A stretch of DNA of 49,197 bases from Acidimicrobiia bacterium. GTDB lineage: Bacteria > Actinomycetota > Acidimicrobiia > Spongiisociales > JAOTWH01. Under the pieces are notes generated by a model. That model did no database searches. It was not told the origin of the DNA and worked only from the letters and a program-made list of their open reading frames with translations. Both the position numbers and the translations under genes were made by a program. Numbering within the stretch: the stretch's first letter is position 1; the number at the start of each line of letters is the position of its first letter. Of this stretch, positions 43,005 through 49,197 are shown in pieces. The DNA lies in the NCBI GenBank assembly GCA_036446035.1, contig JAZFSG010000095.1, positions 1 to 49,197 of the forward strand, read 5' to 3'.

Positions 43005-43898
43005 GTGAGACGCCTCCTATTGATTGCCAACCCAAGCGCTTCCGGGTTCACCGGTGCCGCCCTGCGCGACGTCACCGCCATGCTGTCCGCCGAGTTCGCG
43101 GTCGAGCAGGATTGGCCGGAAGGCCCTGAGGCCTCGCGGCACTCCGCCTCCAAGGCTGCAGTCGCCTCCTACGACGTCGTGGCAGCCATGGGCGGCGATG
43201 GCGTCGTTCACCACGTTGCCAACGGCCTGGTCGGAACCGAAACAGCCCTTGCGGTCATCCCGGCTGGAACCACCAACGTCCTCGCTCGACTGCTCCGCGT
43301 TCCGACGAAGGCGAAGAAGGCGGCCCGTGCCATTCCCTCCTGGTCAGCTCGCCCGCTGAAGACGCTCCGCGTTATCGCCGATGACCGAGAGCCCTTCTAC
43401 GCCACGTTCGCATTGGGCATCGGCTACGACGCTGCCGTCATCGCCAGAGCGAACCAACGTCCATACGGGAAGGTGACCTGGGGACCGCTCCACTACGCCA
43501 GAAGCGCCCTGCGTGAACTCGGGGATCACGGCACGCCAACGATTCGCCTCGAGGCCCATGGCCTGCGAACCGACGGAGCAGCCGCCTCGATCCAGGTCCA
43601 GGACAACTACACGTTCCTCGGACCGCTGGCCTTCGGGTTCGGTGGAGACTCGCCACACGGCTTCAACGCCCTCGCCCTCAGGGGCGTCCGCGCCCGGACC
43701 GCGGCCACCGTCGCCAAGATGGCTGTGCATCGCCTCGATGTCAGTGGAGGAGACGCCACCGTGTGGACGGATGTGTCGGCACTGGCCGCCTTCGCCGAGC
43801 CGGCTGCCTCAATGCAGGCCGACGGCGAGTCCTACGGCAAGATCGATCGCCTCACGATCGAAGTCAACGAAAGGCAACTCCTGGTGCTGGCGCCGTAG
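43005..43898 (+). CDS. Diacylglycerol/lipid kinase family protein
   Basis: IANPSAS, GGDGVVHHVANGL, IPAGTTNVLAR, GIGYDA, QADGE. Confidence 0.88.
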   Translation: MRRLLLIANPSASGFTGAALRDVTAMLSAEFAVEQDWPEGPEASRHSASKAAVASYDVVAAMGGDGVVHHVANGLVGTETALAVIPAGTTNVLARLLRVPTKAKKAARAIPSWSARPLKTLRVIADDREPFYATFALGIGYDAAVIARANQRPYGKVTWGPLHYARSALRELGDHGTPTIRLEAHGLRTDGAAASIQVQDNYTFLGPLAFGFGGDSPHGFNALALRGVRARTAATVAKMAVHRLDVSGGDATVWTDVSALAAFAEPAASMQADGESYGKIDRLTIEVNERQLLVLAP

Positions 43899-43959
43899 CC
43901 AAGAACAAAGGTCTGCCTCCCCTGGGAGAGGAAATCGGTAGCGCGGTAGGGTTTCGAGC

Positions 43960-45741
43960 ATGAGCGACACGATCATTTCACGCTTCCAGGCCAAGGCCGA
44001 TGTCCACGCAGACTCCCCCTTGTGGCACGATTTCAAGGACGGTGCATGGCAGACGCTGTCGTGGACGCAGGCCAGAGTCATCGTCGAGGAGGTCGCCTCA
44101 GGACTGATGGCGCTTGGCGTCGAGAAGGGCGATCGAGTTGGCTTCCTCGGAGTCAACTCGTCCGACTGGGTAGCCACCGATTACGGCATTCAGCACAGCG
44201 GAGCCATCGGGGTACCCCTCTACAACACACTGGCGCCGGACCAGCTGTCTTACGTACTGAGCCATGCCGAAGCCAGCGTTCTCATCGTCGACAGTCAGGA
44301 GCAACTCGACAAGGCCTTGGCATCTGACATCGGCGGCATCACCAAGATCGTCGCTCATCACCTCGGTGACGCCGACCGTGGCCGAGTGATAGGCACCGGC
44401 GCCCTTCGCCAGATGGGCCGAGAGTGGGCGGCCAAGAACACCGGTGCCCTCACCAAGCGCATGAACTCGGTTCAGCCAGACGACCTGTTCTCCATCATCT
44501 ACACCTCTGGCACCACAGGTCCCCCCAAGGGCGCGATGCTGACGAACACCAACATCCTTTGGACGACGAAGTCGGCGTTCTCACGACTTGGCCTCAACGA
44601 CACCGAGACCATGGTCTCGTACCTGCCGCTGAGTCATGTGTTCGAGCGCCTCACAACCACCATCACCCCGCTGACCGGAGACGGCAACGTCGAGTTCTAC
44701 TTCGTGCCCGAGATCACGATGCTCCCCGATGCACTGAAGCATGCCCGGCCCACCCTGTTCATCGCGGTGCCGAGAGTCTGGGAGAAGTTCGAGGCCCGGA
44801 TCCGCGCCGAGGTCGGAGAAACTCCTGCGATCCGTCAGAAGCTGTTCAAGTTCGCGATGGACGGAGCCATTGCCAGCATTGCCGCTCGCGATGGTGAGGG
44901 GAAGGCAGGCATGGGAGCCAAGGTGGGTGCGATGCTCGCCTCGAAGGTGGCCGGCAAGAAGGTGCTTGGCGAGCTGGGGCTGGACCGCTGTCGCATCGCC
45001 ATCTCTGGCGCCGCTCCCCTGGCTCCAGACGTACAGCGCTTCTTCCAGGGACTCGGGCTGCCGCTCCATCAGGGCTGGGGCATGACCGAGAGCACTGCTG
45101 CGGGGACCGTGCAGGGCCCAGGTCAGCTCCACGTAGGGAGCGTCGGGCCGCCGCTCGAGGGCACCGAGGTCAAGTTGGCCGAAGACGGAGAGATCCTCTT
45201 CCGAGGACCGAACGTCTTCCGGGGTTACTACAACGAGCCAGAGCAGACAGCCGACACGCTCCAGGATGGGTGGCTCCACACCGGAGATATCGGTGTCTTC
45301 CTTGCCGACGGCAGCCTCAAGATCGTCGATCGCAAGAAGGACATCATCATCACCGCCGGAGGCAAGAACGTCGCCCCACAGGAGATCGAGTCCCGGATCA
45401 AGGCAGACGGCCTTGTCGCAGAAGCCATCATCATCGGCGACCACAAGCCCTACCTCGTCGCCCTCATCTCGCTCGACCTTGACGAAGCCAAGACCTGGCT
45501 GCACCAGGAGGGCGAGGAGGCAGGCTCCGATGAGTCCGTGTACCGCGACCCCAAGGTCCTCCGCCACATCGAGAACGTCATCGACGGCGTGAACGCCCAG
45601 TTCTCCAAGGCGGAAGGTGTCCGCAAGTGGAGCGTCGTCACGGGAGGCTTCCCTGAGGACGCGCTGACCCCGACTCTCAAGCTGAAACGGCGTGTGATCA
45701 ACGAGAAGTTCGCTACCGAGATCGACGGCCTCTACCGGTAG
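43960..45741 (+). CDS. Long-chain fatty acyl-CoA synthetase (AMP-forming)
   Basis: IIYTSGTTGPPKG, YLPLSHVFER, AVPRVWEK, GWGMTE, GWLHTGDIG, DRKKDIIITAGGKNVAP, LTPTLKLKR. Confidence 0.93.
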   Translation: MSDTIISRFQAKADVHADSPLWHDFKDGAWQTLSWTQARVIVEEVASGLMALGVEKGDRVGFLGVNSSDWVATDYGIQHSGAIGVPLYNTLAPDQLSYVLSHAEASVLIVDSQEQLDKALASDIGGITKIVAHHLGDADRGRVIGTGALRQMGREWAAKNTGALTKRMNSVQPDDLFSIIYTSGTTGPPKGAMLTNTNILWTTKSAFSRLGLNDTETMVSYLPLSHVFERLTTTITPLTGDGNVEFYFVPEITMLPDALKHARPTLFIAVPRVWEKFEARIRAEVGETPAIRQKLFKFAMDGAIASIAARDGEGKAGMGAKVGAMLASKVAGKKVLGELGLDRCRIAISGAAPLAPDVQRFFQGLGLPLHQGWGMTESTAAGTVQGPGQLHVGSVGPPLEGTEVKLAEDGEILFRGPNVFRGYYNEPEQTADTLQDGWLHTGDIGVFLADGSLKIVDRKKDIIITAGGKNVAPQEIESRIKADGLVAEAIIIGDHKPYLVALISLDLDEAKTWLHQEGEEAGSDESVYRDPKVLRHIENVIDGVNAQFSKAEGVRKWSVVTGGFPEDALTPTLKLKRRVINEKFATEIDGLYR

Positions 45742-45759
45742 CGGGCCAGCCTCGGCCGA

Positions 45760-46836
45760 TTACACGTCGGGTTCGGGGACTTCCTCTGCGGTTCGTTGGG
45801 CGTGGAGAACCGAACTGGGTTCACTCGAACCGTCGTCGGTGCGCATCCATACCGTTCGTTGCGGGAAGGGGATCTCGATGCCGGCCTCGTCGAAGGCAGA
45901 CTTGAGGCGACCCCGGATCTCCCTGGCGGCTGCGAACTGTTCCCCAGGCTCGGTCTTGATGACCAGCCTGACGGCGACGGCCGAAGCGCCGAACTGCTGC
46001 ACTCCCCAGATCTCGGGCTCCTCGATGATGGTGGCATTGACCAACGCCTCGGACCACACCTCGTCGGCTACCCCCTTCATGACATCCGCCGCCTTCCCAA
46101 GATCGGTGTCGTAAGCGACCTCGATGTCCATGACGGCACGCGACCACAGCTGGCTCTTGTTACCGATGCGCTTGATCTCCCCGTTGGGGACGAACCACAC
46201 GGTTCCCTCGACGTCGCGCAGTCGAGTGGTACGGAGCGATACTTCCTCGACGACGCCTGTGGCGTCACCGACGTCGATGATGTCGCCGACGCCGTACTGG
46301 TCCTCGACGAGCATGAAGATGCCTGCGAGGAAGTCACGGACAACGGCCTGGGCACCGAAGCCGATGGCGATGCCGACGATGCCGGCACCGGCGATGAACG
46401 GACCAAGGTTGATGTCGAATTCACCAAGGACGATGAGGAAGGCGATGGTGTAGATGATCGCCGAGGCCAGGCTTCGCAGCACCGTTCCCAGGGTCTCGGT
46501 CCGCTGCTGTTTCCGATTGTTCTGCGTTGCCAGCGACTCGAGCTTGGCGGTTACCCGATCGCCGAGGGTCCGCAGGTGGCCCGACCTGACAAGATGAGCT
46601 CGCTCCGTCTCCTCGGCCTCAAGGCGTCGGGCGGCACCGCTCGTGAAGCGGTCGATAGCGCGGCGGACCAGGCGGTTGACGAGCCAGGCGATGGCGAGGA
46701 TGACGAGCACCCGAATCGGCTTCTCGACGATCCACTCGGCCGCCCTCGCCCAGAACTCTGACTCGGTCGCGTCGTAGACCGATTCGCACACGAAGCCCGG
46801 ATGATCACCGCAAGCGTCGACGAGCTGGAACAGCAT
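45760..46836 (-). CDS. Small-conductance mechanosensitive channel (MscS/YbiO family)
   Basis: AGAGIVGIAIGFGAQ.VVRDFLAG.F.LVEDQYGVGD, G.VEEV.LRTTRLRD..G.VWFVPNG, GIEIPFPQ. Confidence 0.9.
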   Translation of the reverse strand: MLFQLVDACGDHPGFVCESVYDATESEFWARAAEWIVEKPIRVLVILAIAWLVNRLVRRAIDRFTSGAARRLEAEETERAHLVRSGHLRTLGDRVTAKLESLATQNNRKQQRTETLGTVLRSLASAIIYTIAFLIVLGEFDINLGPFIAGAGIVGIAIGFGAQAVVRDFLAGIFMLVEDQYGVGDIIDVGDATGVVEEVSLRTTRLRDVEGTVWFVPNGEIKRIGNKSQLWSRAVMDIEVAYDTDLGKAADVMKGVADEVWSEALVNATIIEEPEIWGVQQFGASAVAVRLVIKTEPGEQFAAAREIRGRLKSAFDEAGIEIPFPQRTVWMRTDDGSSEPSSVLHAQRTAEEVPEPDV

Positions 46837-46882
46837 CCGCGCAGCGTAGGGACGGTTTGGCCTCCGGCCGCACCTTTCCGAG

Positions 46883-48106
46883 CTACTCCATCAGCCTCGC
46901 CTGTGCTTGAGATGCCTGCACGGAAACGGCGGCGAGCGTTGCGCCCAGATAGGAACGATCCCACAGCAGGGTCCGCAACGGTTGGCCAAGCGGTGCATCA
47001 AGGTCGGGGAGCGTCGTGCTCTCGGCCTCGGGTTCAGGTTCGGTCTTCGAGCGCCGGCGCGCCTTCTTCTGTTTCGGGGTAGCCGGCGCCGTCGCTCCAG
47101 CGGCCTCGCCGAGCTCCTTCTCAATGAGGTGAGGCGGCACAGCCGCAACGAGGCGGCGCCCGAACGAGGAGCCGACCACCGAGATAAGGGAGGCAACGAA
47201 GTCGTCCATCACTGTCGTTGCGCCCTCGAGGTCGCCGGCGGCCAGTGCTGCCCCGATGCCCGCCATCGCGGCGCTCCACCGCTCGTCGAAGCCCACGGCA
47301 CCGCCTTGCTGAAGCCGGGCCCTTCTCAGAGTCATAGAAACGGCCTGCGACACGTCGGCGATGGTCTTGGAGGCAAGAACGCGCTTGGCCTCCATCTTCT
47401 CTTCGAGGTGTCGCGCGAGCTCCTCAGTGCCGATGGGGTTCTGATGAGGCGGCGCCGCCGCCAAGGAGAACACCTTCGGTTCGGTGATGCCGTGCACCTC
47501 GAGCTGACCGATGAAATCAGCCTTCACCTCCTCGGCCGCAGAGGTCGAGAGGATGTCGGTCTTGTTGAGCACGAACAGCGCTTGATCCTGATAGGCGGCG
47601 AGTCCACCTACGTAGTCGCGGAGGAAGGTGGCATCGCGGTACTTGTCCGGGTCAACGACCCAGATGATGGCGTCAACTTCGGGGAGCAGGTCCCACACCA
47701 AAGCGCGGTGAGCGGAGGCGATGCTGTCCTGATCCGGCAAGTCGATGATCGCCACATCGCTGAAGCGCTCCTGGCCGAACCGCTCACTGATGCCCATGTC
47801 TTCCAAGAACGTCGTCAGCTCGAAGCTCGGGTCATTGGGCACCAGCGCCAACGCGTTATTCGTGTGCGGGCGAACCGCGCTAACCGACGCCACCTCGTCA
47901 CCGGCCAAAGCATTGAGAAGGCTCGACTTCCCGGCACCGGTGCCGCCTGCCAGAGCGACGACGAGGGTGTTGCCAGGGAAACCGCGGCGCTCCTCGACGC
48001 GGTCCGCGATGTCCTCGATATCAACGAGCTCGTCGGGGTCGAGAACGTCGGCGGCGCGGAGTCGAATCAGGTCGAGCGCCGTCGCCAGCTCGGCGATGAC
48101 CTTCAT
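46883..48106 (-). CDS. Dynamin-like/Era-like GTPase, second of a pair
   Basis: VALAGGTGAGKSSLLNAL, RPHT, DLPD.DS, WVVDPDKY.D, NKTD. Confidence 0.8.
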   Translation of the reverse strand: MKVIAELATALDLIRLRAADVLDPDELVDIEDIADRVEERRGFPGNTLVVALAGGTGAGKSSLLNALAGDEVASVSAVRPHTNNALALVPNDPSFELTTFLEDMGISERFGQERFSDVAIIDLPDQDSIASAHRALVWDLLPEVDAIIWVVDPDKYRDATFLRDYVGGLAAYQDQALFVLNKTDILSTSAAEEVKADFIGQLEVHGITEPKVFSLAAAPPHQNPIGTEELARHLEEKMEAKRVLASKTIADVSQAVSMTLRRARLQQGGAVGFDERWSAAMAGIGAALAAGDLEGATTVMDDFVASLISVVGSSFGRRLVAAVPPHLIEKELGEAAGATAPATPKQKKARRRSKTEPEPEAESTTLPDLDAPLGQPLRTLLWDRSYLGATLAAVSVQASQAQARLME

Positions 48107-49197
48107 CGGGAGCCCTCCTCGAAGAGGCTCGCTTTGTCTTCGAGCAATCCAGCCAGCACCTCCAGGCGCTCGATCGGACCAACGGCCGTCCGGAAGCGGG
48201 AGGCGTCCTCCTGGAACGCCTCGCCGAGCGCGTCGAGCAGAGAGCTCCGAGCCGCCCGCACTACACCGGTGGCGCCCTGGGCTCCGTAGCGCTTCACCAG
48301 CTCTCCCGGCATGGGGGCATTGGGGCCCTCAAGCGCCCTACTCCGAAGGAGCCTGCCTACCCGCTTGCGAACTGGCTTGAGCATCCAGCGTCGCTTCGAC
48401 CTGTCGGCGGCCAGCCGTTGTAGCTCCTCGATCCAGGCCTTGACGGCGGCGGCGGCATCTTGCTTGGCGTCCGGGGAGCTGCGCCAAAGAGCGTCCCCAG
48501 GGCCCGAAATCAGGCGCCGACCGATGGGGTGAGCCGACCAGGCCGCCGCCGAGTCCTGAGAGCCGATACGGATGTGGCGGGCGAGCATCCCTGCCATCCG
48601 GTCTGCATCCCAGTCGTCTGCGAGCTCGGCGTAGCTGCCGTGCTCGACGTCGGAGCCGATGGCGGCGATTCGAGCGTTGTACGAGCGCTCGGCGACCGCC
48701 AATAGCTCACGACCTTGGGCGGCCTCCTCGCGTGCCAGCGCGGCAACGTGCTCGCCGCGCTGGCCGAGGTCGGCGAACAACGACCTCGCTGCAGTTGCCG
48801 TCAGTTGCTCGCGAAAGGCCGGGTCCCCGAGCTCGGACAGCTCCTTGCGCAGGCCGACGACGGAGCCAGGCGGCAGCCCGTCGGTGCTCACGTCGATGCG
48901 ATGCTCGAAGACAACGAAGAGCAACGAAGGGTCGGGGCCTGGCAACAAGCCGGCGGCCGCCAGCTTGTTGGCGAAGTCCTCGACGACGGCGTGACTCGAC
49001 GCTGAGTCTCGAGGAACCTTGTTAATGACGAAGAGCAACGGTATCCCCCTGCTCCGCACCACCTCGAGAAGATCCCAGGTACCGAGGTCGGCGTAGCGGG
49101 TGGCGCTCGTGACAAAGATCGATAGGTCGGCCAGGGCCAGCAGCTCGGTGCCCTCGGTGGCGCTGAGCGGCGGGGAATCGATCAGAGTCAGGTGATC
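48103..49197 (-). CDS. Dynamin-like GTPase, first of a pair (5'-truncated by window edge)
   Basis: Frame is open to the window end: LIDSPP...LADLSIFVTSATRYAD..TW, FVINKVP. ATGA overlap with the next GTPase. Confidence 0.75.
   Translation of the reverse strand, partial: DHLTLIDSPPLSATEGTELLALADLSIFVTSATRYADLGTWDLLEVVRSRGIPLLFVINKVPRDSASSHAVVEDFANKLAAAGLLPGPDPSLLFVVFEHRIDVSTDGLPPGSVVGLRKELSELGDPAFREQLTATAARSLFADLGQRGEHVAALAREEAAQGRELLAVAERSYNARIAAIGSDVEHGSYAELADDWDADRMAGMLARHIRIGSQDSAAAWSAHPIGRRLISGPGDALWRSSPDAKQDAAAAVKAWIEELQRLAADRSKRRWMLKPVRKRVGRLLRSRALEGPNAPMPGELVKRYGAQGATGVVRAARSSLLDALGEAFQEDASRFRTAVGPIERLEVLAGLLEDKASLFEEGSR

Noticed and set aside
46907-48289. 460-aa plus-strand ORF
   Set aside because: Antisense shadow of the dynamin-like GTPase genes.
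1-49197. Prophage, transposon or integrative element
   Set aside because: No integrase, transposase or phage genes, no att-like repeats and no obvious compositional shift.

Overview
High-GC actinobacterial chromosome segment, probably Acidimicrobiia-like (inferred from gene content, AdnAB and leaderless TAnnnT promoters). It holds about 45 densely packed housekeeping genes: coaD, rsmD, recG, rpmB, ddl, fabI, gdhA, hup, dtd, pruA, transporters, lipoproteins and a dynamin-like pair. DNA-repair genes are unusually concentrated: RecG, a Cas4/AddB-like Fe-S nuclease, AdnAB, a nurA-herA-sbcD-sbcC operon and an AlkD-like protein. The standout is the only long intergenic region (10416-11840). On the minus strand it carries three copies of a ~210-nt, seven-helix structured RNA module plus an extra 5' domain. 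Evidence is 10 cUUCGg and 8 GNRA tetraloops all on one strand, compensatory base changes between copies, two homologous sigma-70-type promoters with a shared upstream motif, and a terminal U-tract terminator. I do not recognise it as a known RNA family, so it is a candidate novel multi-copy ncRNA system. Also notable: an identical 21-nt sequence upstream of two distant DNA-repair transcription units, PafBC/RecA-NDp-like promoters, and an unannotated 34-aa FlgM-like ORF. No database searches or folding programs were run.
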